Notes: generated from the letters alone by a model not told the origin. DNA of 64,000 nucleotides from Alphaproteobacteria bacterium (GCA_965178085.1 CBCXTS010000026.1:18109-82108), one strand, 5' to 3'; positions 9,944-18,072 are shown, counted from the stretch's first letter. Translations and numbers: made by a program.

Positions 9944-9990
9944 GGTATCTATTTGCAATCATCGATCAATAGGTTTAGTTTGGGATCTTG
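9944..9990 (+). promoter_or_regulatory. Conserved promoter/leader element copy 1 (putative -35 TTGCAA 9953-9958, 17-bp spacer, putative -10 TAGTTT 9976-9981)
   Basis: About 38/42 nt identical to a second copy at 11062-11108; both sit about 54 nt upstream of paralogous small membrane-protein genes. Confidence 0.4.
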
Positions 9991-10035
9991 TGATGTATGC
10001 ACAAAATCCTATCAATTGAATAAAAGAGCCAATAC

Positions 10036-10251
10036 ATGAAAACAGTTGATATAGTAAAATGGATTGCCACTATCATACAATTAATGGGGTATGGATTAAC
10101 TGGGCTTAACTATACCCCATGGAATATTTATATGTTTATCATTGGTATTATATTGTGGTTTTTGGTTGGCTTTATGTGGAAAGATAAAGCCATTATGATT
10201 GTACATATCGGGGCTTTCTTGTCATTATCAATAGGGTATTTGAATGCATGA
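10036..10251 (+). CDS. Small 3-TM membrane protein, PnuC-repeat-like (resembles C-terminal 3-TM half of nicotinamide riboside transporter PnuC)
   Basis: 71 aa, three hydrophobic helices; paralogous to ORF 11153-11386; W..A....G / W-KDK / I-HIGAF pattern resembles the second PnuC repeat; RBS-like AAAGAG upstream. Confidence 0.55.
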   Translation: MKTVDIVKWIATIIQLMGYGLTGLNYTPWNIYMFIIGIILWFLVGFMWKDKAIMIVHIGAFLSLSIGYLNA

Positions 10252-10753
10252 AATTGGCCAATGGGTGCAAGTTAATGATTCAATGCAAAAAAATTACGCA
10301 TACCAGATTGTAGCGCCATTAGGAGAGGATTTTGATGAGGGTTTTTATCCTGATTTAAGTCCAAAGGATATGCTAGAAATGGGCGTGTTTGAAGGAAAAT
10401 ATTTAAATGATTGTCAAAATGAATTTCCTAGTGATTGGTTTATAAAGATCAAATCAAGCCATAGACCTAATCCATCATTAAACTATTTTAAAATAAAAAG
10501 CAGACAATCTTTAAAAATATGGCAAATGAAGGGATGGATTATAGGTGACGACCCTAGGGGGTGGTTTCAATGGTATTGCAGATATTATCAAGGTAGGAGG
10601 ATGGAAAGCATTGATATGATCCAAATCAAGAGATGGAAAGCATTTTCTAGACATGCAGGACAAATAAGAAAAAACTGCAATCCAAATGATGTTTTATGTA
10701 GACCAAAACAAAGGCAAGCATTATTGCAATGGGCTTATGACCCTTTCATTTAA
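10244..10753 (+). CDS. Hypothetical 169-aa Trp/Cys-rich soluble protein, translationally coupled (ATGCATGA 8-nt overlap) to the small PnuC-like protein
   Basis: Intact ORF with overlap-coupled start; motifs GWFQWYCRYYQGRR and IKRWKAF; no family recognised from memory. Confidence 0.55.
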   Translation: MHEIGQWVQVNDSMQKNYAYQIVAPLGEDFDEGFYPDLSPKDMLEMGVFEGKYLNDCQNEFPSDWFIKIKSSHRPNPSLNYFKIKSRQSLKIWQMKGWIIGDDPRGWFQWYCRYYQGRRMESIDMIQIKRWKAFSRHAGQIRKNCNPNDVLCRPKQRQALLQWAYDPFI

Positions 10754-11061
10754 ACACAGTATGATATGATCATATAAAGTGACACCGAGATAGAGCATCA
10801 AAGCCATTAATCTTTGGTCAAATTTTGCAATGAATGGTTATGTCTTTAGGTCGTTTGAAAGCTGATCTGATAAGGCTTGAACTATGACAACGCCTATATA
10901 TCACATAAGATTTTGAGAGTTTTTTTATTTTTTAACGGTTGATAAAGTCACCAGGTCATCAAACTCAAATCTTGCGTTTTTTGGTGTGTTTTTGCCGTCT
11001 TTTGTTCAAGACTAAACCAAAATATATTTTTGACGCTCTTAAGGTTTTAATGTTTTGCTTA

Positions 11062-11108
11062 GCTATCCATTTGCAATCATCGATGAATGGGTTTAATTTG
11101 ATGGATTG
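11062..11108 (+). promoter_or_regulatory. Conserved promoter/leader element copy 2 (putative -35 TTGCAA 11071-11076, 17-bp spacer, putative -10 TAATTT 11094-11099)
   Basis: Duplicate of element at 9944-9990; about 53 nt upstream of start codon 11153. Confidence 0.4.
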
Positions 11109-11152
11109 GATAAAACAAACCCGATAATTGATCTAATAAAAAGGAATGATGA

Positions 11153-11386
11153 ATGCTCAATCCAAGCAATTTAAAATATTTGGAATGGTTTGCAGTGATC
11201 ACTGCGATAGCGTATTCTTTGCTTGTTGCATCCAATATTGATTTAGAATTTGCTGGTTTTACATTGCTGCTTATTTCTGCAATTGCTTTGGGAGTATGGG
11301 CATATATTGGCAAGCATAAGGGTATATTTTTTTTACAATTTTTTTATGCAACAGCAGCTATCATTGGCATGATCAGGTGGTTTTAG
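11153..11386 (+). CDS. Small 3-TM membrane protein, PnuC N-terminal-repeat-like (half-size PnuC)
   Basis: 77 aa; LEWFAVITAIAYSLLVASNI... and FFLQFFYATAAIIGMIRWF align with the E. coli PnuC N-terminal half as recalled from memory (LSWIEAVGTIAGLLCIGLASLEKISN ... LLLQVFFFAANIYGWYAW); RBS AAGGAA upstream. Confidence 0.6.
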   Translation: MLNPSNLKYLEWFAVITAIAYSLLVASNIDLEFAGFTLLLISAIALGVWAYIGKHKGIFFLQFFYATAAIIGMIRWF

Positions 11387-11440
11387 AGGGGTTTTCTCTC
11401 ATAGGGCTAACAACGAGCTTAAAATAAAACAGGGTATGGA

Positions 11441-11806
11441 ATGAAAAATAAAGTCATTAATATAAGAGATCAGTTTGATAAAATTGATTCGTTGTGGGCG
11501 CCTAAAATCATGTGCCAATTTAATCAATGTGATTTTAAAATTGTCAAAATTGATGGCGAGTTTATATGGCACTTGCATGAGGATACTGATGAGGTATTTA
11601 TCGTGGTTGAGGGTGAGTTTAATATGGAATTTAGAACCCATATTGAAAAGGTACAACAAGGGGAGATGATTGTTGTTGAAAGAGGGGTTGAACATAGGCC
11701 AGTATCAGCCCAGGAATGTAAAATCATGCTCATAGAGCTTTCAGGCACTTATAATACAGGTAATGTTGAAAGCAACAGAACCAAGCCTATGGATGAATGG
11801 ATTTAA
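11441..11806 (+). CDS. Cupin-domain protein (metal-binding HxH...E...H motif)
   Basis: WHLHEDTDEVFIVVEGEF ... GVEHRP conforms to cupin motifs 1 and 2; 121 aa. Confidence 0.7.
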   Translation: MKNKVINIRDQFDKIDSLWAPKIMCQFNQCDFKIVKIDGEFIWHLHEDTDEVFIVVEGEFNMEFRTHIEKVQQGEMIVVERGVEHRPVSAQECKIMLIELSGTYNTGNVESNRTKPMDEWI

Positions 11807-11930
11807 TTTGATATCAATAAAAACCCAAGAGATAAGGCAGTAAATAGAACATAGTCATGCAATGGAGAATGTGGTATAAGTTAATGAAAAGCAATATCAC
11901 TCAATCATCATTAATAGGGCATATTTATTT

Positions 11931-12806
11931 GTGGATATGACGGATAAATTAGATAGCCGAGATAGCATTGTATTTGAGTTGGTTGATCTTGAGCAATATC
12001 CTATACATAGGATCAACGAACCAGCAGGCAAAGGGCATAATTTTTTAAAGCGTTGCCAACAGCATATGGAGGAATATGGCTGGTGCAATTTTGTCGAATT
12101 TATCAAACCTGAGGCACTCAATATTTTGCGTAATGAGGCTCTTGATTTATTGCCATCTGCTCAAATTTTAACCATTAGAAGAAATATTTATCAAGGTGCG
12201 GTTGAAAATAGTATGGACCCTGATGATTTAAAATCGCGTGAATATGTGCATACTGCACATCAATTGGCTGATGATCAAATCCCTAATCATAGTGCTATAC
12301 AAAAACTATATCAATCAACATTGGTGACAGATTTTATTAGACAAGTGCAAAAAAAGGACACCCTCTATCGTTGTAGCGATGAGTTTCAAGCGCTTAATAT
12401 TGTTGCTCTCAATCCTGAAAGTTGGCATGCTTGGCATTATGATACAATAGAATGCACCGTAACATTATTGTTGCAAGCATCAGAGCAGGGAGGTGAGTTT
12501 ACGTTTATCCCCAACTCTCGTGATGATGAAATGGAAGATACACAAAGAGTTAATCAAGTGCTTGGAGGTGATCTGTCAAAAGCAGAAACTTTTAAAAGAG
12601 ATGCAGGCGCATTAACGTTATTTCGTGGTGGATATTCATTGCACTCAGTTACAAAAGTAAAAGGCACAAAACCACGAGTTACTGCAATTTTTACCTATAG
12701 TGAAGAACCTCATGGTGCAATCAGCGATGATCTTAATATTAGAATTTATGGTAAAAGGGCTGAAAATATAATCAACCAAAGAAAGTTAAAAAAGGAAATC
12801 CAATGA
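11931..12806 (+). CDS. Putative Fe(II)/2-oxoglutarate-dependent oxygenase-family protein
   Basis: HxD...H candidate facial triad (WHYD ... SLHSV) and RVTAIFTY candidate 2OG-binding Arg; 4-nt ATGA overlap with downstream hydrolase gene. Confidence 0.5.
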   Translation: MDMTDKLDSRDSIVFELVDLEQYPIHRINEPAGKGHNFLKRCQQHMEEYGWCNFVEFIKPEALNILRNEALDLLPSAQILTIRRNIYQGAVENSMDPDDLKSREYVHTAHQLADDQIPNHSAIQKLYQSTLVTDFIRQVQKKDTLYRCSDEFQALNIVALNPESWHAWHYDTIECTVTLLLQASEQGGEFTFIPNSRDDEMEDTQRVNQVLGGDLSKAETFKRDAGALTLFRGGYSLHSVTKVKGTKPRVTAIFTYSEEPHGAISDDLNIRIYGKRAENIINQRKLKKEIQ

Positions 12807-13363
12807 CAATAGCCCTTTTAGTAATTGATGTACAAATGGCTTTAGCAATTGATGATGCCAATGGTGGAGAACGCTCATGCCGAGAGGCTGAGGGGAATAT
12901 TGGTCAATTATTGTCAGCATTTAGACAAACAGATCATCGTGTCATCCATATCCATCATTATGGACTTGATGATGATGATCCGTTTAATGAAAAGGCTGTT
13001 GGCTCAAAAGTGCAACCATTTGCTAAGCCCAATAATGGAGAAAAAACATATGTCAAAAATGGCAGCAGTGCATTTATAGGCACAACGTTAGAAAAAGATT
13101 TACGTAAAGATAATATCAAAACATTAATCCTTTGTGGTGCAACAGCAAATCATTGTGTTGAAACAGCAACACGCATGGGAAGTAACCTTGGATTTGATTG
13201 TTATTATGTTGGTGATGCTGTTTGGGCCTATGGTGTAAAAGGGCCAGATGGTACCCACCATAGTGGTGAGCAAATACATTCTGTATCGATGGCTAATATA
13301 GAAGGTGAGTTTGCTAGAGTTGTAACAACCAAAAAAATACTAGCTGATTTGGCTAGTTTTTAA
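12803..13363 (+). CDS. Isochorismatase-family cysteine hydrolase (same fold/family as nicotinamidase PncA, YcaC, RutB)
   Basis: Catalytic Asp in LLVIDVQ, Lys in YVKNGSSAF, nucleophile Cys in LILCGATANHCVETA. Confidence 0.8.
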   Translation: MTIALLVIDVQMALAIDDANGGERSCREAEGNIGQLLSAFRQTDHRVIHIHHYGLDDDDPFNEKAVGSKVQPFAKPNNGEKTYVKNGSSAFIGTTLEKDLRKDNIKTLILCGATANHCVETATRMGSNLGFDCYYVGDAVWAYGVKGPDGTHHSGEQIHSVSMANIEGEFARVVTTKKILADLASF

Positions 13364-13411
13364 ATGAAGGTTTGGTATTGGTCTTTGCAAATATCATGAA
13401 TAAAATATTAG

Positions 13412-13486
13412 CTTAAACTGATTGTGTGGGATTAAACTGATTGTGTGGGATTAAACTGATTGTGTGGGATTAAACTGATTGTGTTC
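13412..13486. repeat. About 3.8 tandem copies of a 19-bp unit ATTAAACTGATTGTGTGGG
   Basis: Read directly; in the convergent intergenic region between the isochorismatase-family gene and the GMC oxidoreductase 3' end. Confidence 0.85.
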
Positions 13487-13660
13487 CATTGTAGCAATCA
13501 CGAGGCAATAGATTGACAATTGATTGATCAGGAAGCCTTGATTTGAGGCAATATCCCCCCATCAGCGCTTTAAGTGATAATCTCCAGTGTTTTAAGTTGC
13601 TCCAGCTGCTTTAGGTACCTCAGTGCTTTAGATGATCAAGATTGATACCCAATAGCAATG

Positions 13661-15301
13661 TTAGGTTTCTTGTAAGATGAGATCGGATACTTTTTCTGCA
13701 ACCATGATAGTGGGTGCGTTTGTGTTGCCTGAGGTGAGAGTTGGGAAAATGGAGGCATCTACAACGCGCAAGCCTTTAACGCCATATAGTTTTAAATGCT
13801 GATCGACAACATCCTCTTGTGCATTTGGGCCCATTTTGCAAGTACCTACCGGGTGAAAAACCGTGCTACAGCGTTTCTTGAAATCGTCAATAATTTGCTG
13901 GTCTGTCGGGATTGGTTGGTCGCTAGGGGCTTGCTGACTGCTGGGGTTGGCAATAGGCGGAGCAATTCTGTGTTCAGTAATGGCTGCTAAGGCTGGCATT
14001 TTTGCAAGTTGATATAGCAATTGAACACCTTCAAGCATCTCGTCAATATCGCGTTGGTCATCGAGATATTTGGGTTGGATATGAGGGGCAATTGTGGGAT
14101 CGCTGGATGCGATATTGATAAAGCCTTTGCTATAAGGTCGCAAAGGTTGGATAGATAATTGAAAGCCCGGGAAGGGATCAGGTTTGAGCAAGGGTCGTTG
14201 ATTTTGGGGTGCTTTGGTGTAGCTCACAGGTGAGAAAAAAAGCTGCATGTTGGGGCGGGTCAAGCCAGTGTTGGTGCGGATAAAACCCCCTGCTTGATTA
14301 ACCCCAAGAGAAAGCGGGCCTTTTAAAGTAAATAGATAGCGTAATGCGTGCTTAACTTTACCCCAAAGCGGGCCTAATTCTTGGTTAAGGGTAGGCGTGT
14401 TAGCACGATAAAGCAAATCAATGCCTAGATGATCTTGCAAATTTTGTCCAACAGCAGGTGCATGATGGATCACTTTGATGCCAAATTGCTTGATGAGATT
14501 GGCATCACCAATGCCGGATAATTGTAAAATTTGGGGTGAGTTAATTGCCCCAGCAGCAAGAATAACCTCTTTTGCAGCAGAAATTTGCTTGATTTGGTTG
14601 TTGTGCTTATACTCAACACCTATTGCTTGTTTGTTGTGAAACAAAACACGTTGCACTAATGCCTTTTTGATTAGTTTAACATTGTTGCGTTTTCGAGCAT
14701 CCCACAAATAAGCGCGCGCGCTTGACATACGAAAACCACCCTTCATGGTGTTTTGGTAGTAACCTACGCCTTCTTGGGTTTTGTTGTTGAAATCTGGATT
14801 ATAGGAAAAGCCATACTGGGTGCATGCCTTGATAAAATTGTGGCAAATTGGATGTAAATCTTGACTGACATCGGTAATATGCAAAGGCCCTTGATGATCG
14901 GGGCTTGAGGTAGAGCTTGTCTCAGCTTTTTTGAAATAGGGTAAAACATCATCCCAACCCCATATTGTGTTACCAAGTGCTTTCCAATGGTTAAAATCTT
15001 CTGCCTGTCCGCGGATGTAGACCATTGCATTGATAGAACTTGAGCCACCTAAAACTTTACCGCGTGGGCAATAAATGCGCCTATCATCGAGGTTTTTTTG
15101 CTCTTGGGTTTGATACATCCAATTGATATTGCTATCATAAAAAGCCTTGCCGTACCCGATAGGCATTTGTACCCATAGATTGAGATCAGAGCCGCCAGCT
15201 TCAAGAATAGCAACGGTGTATTTTCCATTTTGTGACAATCGATTAGCAAGCACGCATCCAGCAGAGCCAGCTCCGACAATAATGAAGTCATATTGATCCA
15301 T
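13661..15301 (-). CDS. GMC-family FAD oxidoreductase (choline dehydrogenase-like)
   Basis: N-terminal YDFIIVGAGSAGCVLANRLS FAD motif, about 546 aa, GMC signature regions. Confidence 0.85.
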   Translation of the reverse strand: MDQYDFIIVGAGSAGCVLANRLSQNGKYTVAILEAGGSDLNLWVQMPIGYGKAFYDSNINWMYQTQEQKNLDDRRIYCPRGKVLGGSSSINAMVYIRGQAEDFNHWKALGNTIWGWDDVLPYFKKAETSSTSSPDHQGPLHITDVSQDLHPICHNFIKACTQYGFSYNPDFNNKTQEGVGYYQNTMKGGFRMSSARAYLWDARKRNNVKLIKKALVQRVLFHNKQAIGVEYKHNNQIKQISAAKEVILAAGAINSPQILQLSGIGDANLIKQFGIKVIHHAPAVGQNLQDHLGIDLLYRANTPTLNQELGPLWGKVKHALRYLFTLKGPLSLGVNQAGGFIRTNTGLTRPNMQLFFSPVSYTKAPQNQRPLLKPDPFPGFQLSIQPLRPYSKGFINIASSDPTIAPHIQPKYLDDQRDIDEMLEGVQLLYQLAKMPALAAITEHRIAPPIANPSSQQAPSDQPIPTDQQIIDDFKKRCSTVFHPVGTCKMGPNAQEDVVDQHLKLYGVKGLRVVDASIFPTLTSGNTNAPTIMVAEKVSDLILQET

Positions 15302-15383
15302 GAAAATACGCCAAAGTTATAAAATAGTTGGTTTAGGTCCATTTTTATAAATGAACATTGTATCATCTGTCTATATAAAGTTT

Positions 15384-15415
15384 AATGATCCTTTGTTGGC
15401 AAATTTAGGATCATT
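15384..15415. promoter_or_regulatory. Perfect 9-bp inverted repeat AATGATCCT-N14-AGGATCATT in divergent promoter region
   Basis: Read directly between the GMC oxidoreductase start and the enolase-superfamily gene start. Confidence 0.3.
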
Positions 15416-15492
15416 TTATTTGATTGATAGTTGTAATGGTTATTTTTTATTTTATCATGTTATGGTATAAAATTAAAACTTAATTGGAGAGC

Positions 15493-16599
15493 ATGATGAA
15501 AATTATAGCAATTGAAACATTTTCAACGGTTGATGTTTGTTTTGTCAAGGTAACAACCGATACAAACGCGTATGGATGGGGCCAAGCAGCGCCTTATTAT
15601 AGCGATATTACAGCAACCATTATCCATCGCCAAATAGCACCACATGCACTCAACCAAGATGCCAACGATATTGCCTATTTGGTGGATGTGATCCCTGAAA
15701 AAGAGCATAAATTTCCTGGATCTTATATCCAACGTGCTATTGGAGGATTAGAAACAGCCCTATGGGATATTAAAGGTAAATGTGAAGACAAAAGTGTTTG
15801 TGAGTTGCTTGGTGGAAAGCCAGGTAGCGTGCGCGCATATGCATCATCGATGAAACGTGATATTAGCCCGCGCGAAGAAGCAGAGAGATTTCTACGCTTG
15901 CGTGATCTTTATGGTTTTGATGCTTTTAAATTTAGAATTGGATCAGAATGCGGGCGTAATCAAGATGAATGGGTTGGGCGCACACAAGAAATTGTGCCAA
16001 CCATTGCTAAGGCGTTTAATGGAGAGGTTGATCTGCTTGTTGATGCCAATTCATGCTATAGTCCTCATAAGGCTATTGAAATTGGCAAGATGCTAGAAGA
16101 TCATGGTATTTGCCATTATGAAGAGCCATGCCCATATTGGGAGTATGAGCAGACAAAGCAGGTAACAGAAGCCTTATCGATTGATGTAACAGGTGGTGAG
16201 CAAGATTGTCATTTGCCAAATTGGAAACGCATGATTGATGGGTGTGTTGTTAATATTGTACAGCCTGATATATGCTATATTGGAGGCATTACAAACACCA
16301 TGCGAGTTGGTGAAATGGCACGCAAAGCAGGACTACCAGTGACACCCCATTGTGCAAACTTAACATTGGTAACATTATTTACGATGCATGTATTGCAAGC
16401 AATGCCAAATGCAGGGAAATATCTAGAGTTTTCAATTGAAGAGGAAGATTATTATCCTTGGCAATATGGGTTGTTTGCCAATCATTTGTTTGAGATTAAA
16501 AATGGCAAAGCCAATATAAGCGATGCGCCTGGTTGGGGGGTAGAATTGAATGCTGATTGGCTAGCAAAATCAAACTATCAAATCAGCCAATTGGATTAA
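15493..16599 (+). CDS. Enolase-superfamily enzyme (mandelate racemase/muconate lactonizing enzyme family); start at ATG after GGAGAG RBS
   Basis: MR/MLE-like capping and barrel domains (KxK, D..E..D metal ligands region LLVDANSCY..); the track ORF starts on TTG at 15484, ATG at 15493 is preceded by GGAGAG. Confidence 0.75.
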   Translation: MMKIIAIETFSTVDVCFVKVTTDTNAYGWGQAAPYYSDITATIIHRQIAPHALNQDANDIAYLVDVIPEKEHKFPGSYIQRAIGGLETALWDIKGKCEDKSVCELLGGKPGSVRAYASSMKRDISPREEAERFLRLRDLYGFDAFKFRIGSECGRNQDEWVGRTQEIVPTIAKAFNGEVDLLVDANSCYSPHKAIEIGKMLEDHGICHYEEPCPYWEYEQTKQVTEALSIDVTGGEQDCHLPNWKRMIDGCVVNIVQPDICYIGGITNTMRVGEMARKAGLPVTPHCANLTLVTLFTMHVLQAMPNAGKYLEFSIEEEDYYPWQYGLFANHLFEIKNGKANISDAPGWGVELNADWLAKSNYQISQLD

Positions 16600-16695
16600 T
16601 GCTGGGCGATGATGAAAAGCAATCAAGCATGTGCAAAGCTCGTAAAGCCTTAATTGAAGCTCTTTGCTTTTAAAGATGTGTATTTGAAACGCTTG

Positions 16696-17994
16696 TTATA
16701 TACGCTGGGTTGCAAATTGCGCAATGATGGATTGTCGTTGCTGATCTGCTTTGTTGTATAAGCTTGTAAGATCTGCCTCAATGGCAGATATATTGTTGAG
16801 AGCTTGTCCAGAGGGCTGAGCAAATGATTGATCGTATAATGTTGTTAAAACGTCTTCAAGATTTTGTTGCTGTTTAACTTCACTCTCACTTAGCGCGCGC
16901 GATTGCGCGGTTGGGATATCTTGCAATTGATTAAGCTGGTTGATTAAAGAATATTCTTGCTGCTTTGCGTTTGAATCTAGATGCTGTTCTAACAAACTAT
17001 CGAGTTTTGCCTCAAGCGTTTGAAGGAGTTGTTGATCTTGTTTGGTGAGTAAATTTTGACCTAAAAACTGGTTGTCATGATCGTTTGATAAATGATTGCG
17101 GCGTTGCTCAAGCTGATGTAGTTGATTTTGCTCATCGAGGCTAAGATAGCGCGGTGTAGGAGCACTATCATAAAGAGATTCAAGCTCTTGAAAAAGTTTT
17201 TGAAGCTCCTCATCATTGGTAGATGAGATGCCTTGATCGCTTCGAGGTATAACGGTTTCAAGCTTTTGTTCTAAAACCAAAGCTATTTGATGGTTATTGC
17301 CTTGGGTTGACAGGTTGTTTAATGTATCGGCTATATGCTTAAGCAAGTTACGATTTTCTGGATTTAAAGCATCTAGCAAATTGTCGGCTTGTAAGCCTTT
17401 CTTTGCAAGCAGGTTATGAATTTGTTCTAAAAGAGAGCTTTCTTTTTTGTCGAATGCTTCTAGTTCTTTTAAACCTTGAGCGCCAAAAATGATTTGGTCA
17501 ATCTGCTTATCAAGATGTTCAAGTGCTTTGTCTTCCTCATGGCAGTTGCAATAGCCTTGGAGGAGCTCAAAAAATTCGTTAAAGCGAGTTTCTAGCTGAT
17601 CATTTGTGACATTATGGACAAAATCTCTAGTGCCGGCATTGCCTGTTTGATATGAAAGAATAGAGGTTGTAAGAGTAGTGGAGGTAAAACTTGGCGTATT
17701 GGCTTGTTGTGATACTGGTGGCGTAGGCTGAATAGCTTGAATAGCTTGAGTAGATTGGCCCAAAAGGCTCTGTAGCGTAGATGCAATAGTTTTAGATTGG
17801 CCACTTGTAGACTGGGTACTGGCAGATTGGGTACTGGCAGATTGGGTACTGGCAGATTGGGTGCTGGCAAATTGGGCTGTAAATTGGCGCGCAGCTTCTA
17901 TCTGTTTGTTTGAAACATCGTTTGCTAACAAGTTTTTATAAACTGGAAATTGATAGACAGCAACGTTATTAGAATGATTGATAGGCGATGTCAT
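16696..17994 (-). CDS. Hypothetical Q-rich, low-complexity/coiled-coil protein with (QSAST)n tandem repeat; no signal peptide or TM
   Basis: 432 aa, biased composition (Q, L, S, N), repeated QSASTQSAST.. encoded by 15-bp DNA repeats; no recognisable enzymatic motif. Confidence 0.55.
   Translation of the reverse strand: MTSPINHSNNVAVYQFPVYKNLLANDVSNKQIEAARQFTAQFASTQSASTQSASTQSASTQSTSGQSKTIASTLQSLLGQSTQAIQAIQPTPPVSQQANTPSFTSTTLTTSILSYQTGNAGTRDFVHNVTNDQLETRFNEFFELLQGYCNCHEEDKALEHLDKQIDQIIFGAQGLKELEAFDKKESSLLEQIHNLLAKKGLQADNLLDALNPENRNLLKHIADTLNNLSTQGNNHQIALVLEQKLETVIPRSDQGISSTNDEELQKLFQELESLYDSAPTPRYLSLDEQNQLHQLEQRRNHLSNDHDNQFLGQNLLTKQDQQLLQTLEAKLDSLLEQHLDSNAKQQEYSLINQLNQLQDIPTAQSRALSESEVKQQQNLEDVLTTLYDQSFAQPSGQALNNISAIEADLTSLYNKADQQRQSIIAQFATQRI
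17809..17880. repeat. About 4.8 tandem copies of 15-bp unit GGCAGATTGGGTACT inside the CDS 16696-17994 (in-frame, encodes QSAST repeats)
   Basis: Read directly; 3 perfect plus 2 diverged units. Confidence 0.85.
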
Positions 17995-18072
17995 GACGCT
18001 TTGCTTTCATATTTGTTGATAAAATAGAAGCAAAAAATATGCCTATCAAAGGCTTATTGTAAAATTGTGTGG

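Noticed and set aside
9990-10035. Tested the idea that the conserved leaders upstream of the small membrane genes are preQ1-I or other known small riboswitches
   Set aside because: No match to the preQ1-I consensus as I recall it (hairpin plus AAAAAACUAAGGA tail), or to the fluoride or guanidine aptamers. Only about 55 nt are available. Left as unclassified conserved leader.
10939-11127. 62-aa ORF overlapping the second duplicated promoter element
   Set aside because: It spans the conserved promoter/leader of the downstream gene. It has no RBS or conservation logic, and the equivalent position in copy 1 has no ORF.
10036-11386. Considered that the two small 3-TM proteins are phage holins (small 3-TM proteins next to an unknown 169-aa protein)
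   Set aside because: No endolysin or other phage genes are present. The sequence matches PnuC repeat motifs rather than holin families, and the two are paralogs with duplicated promoters.
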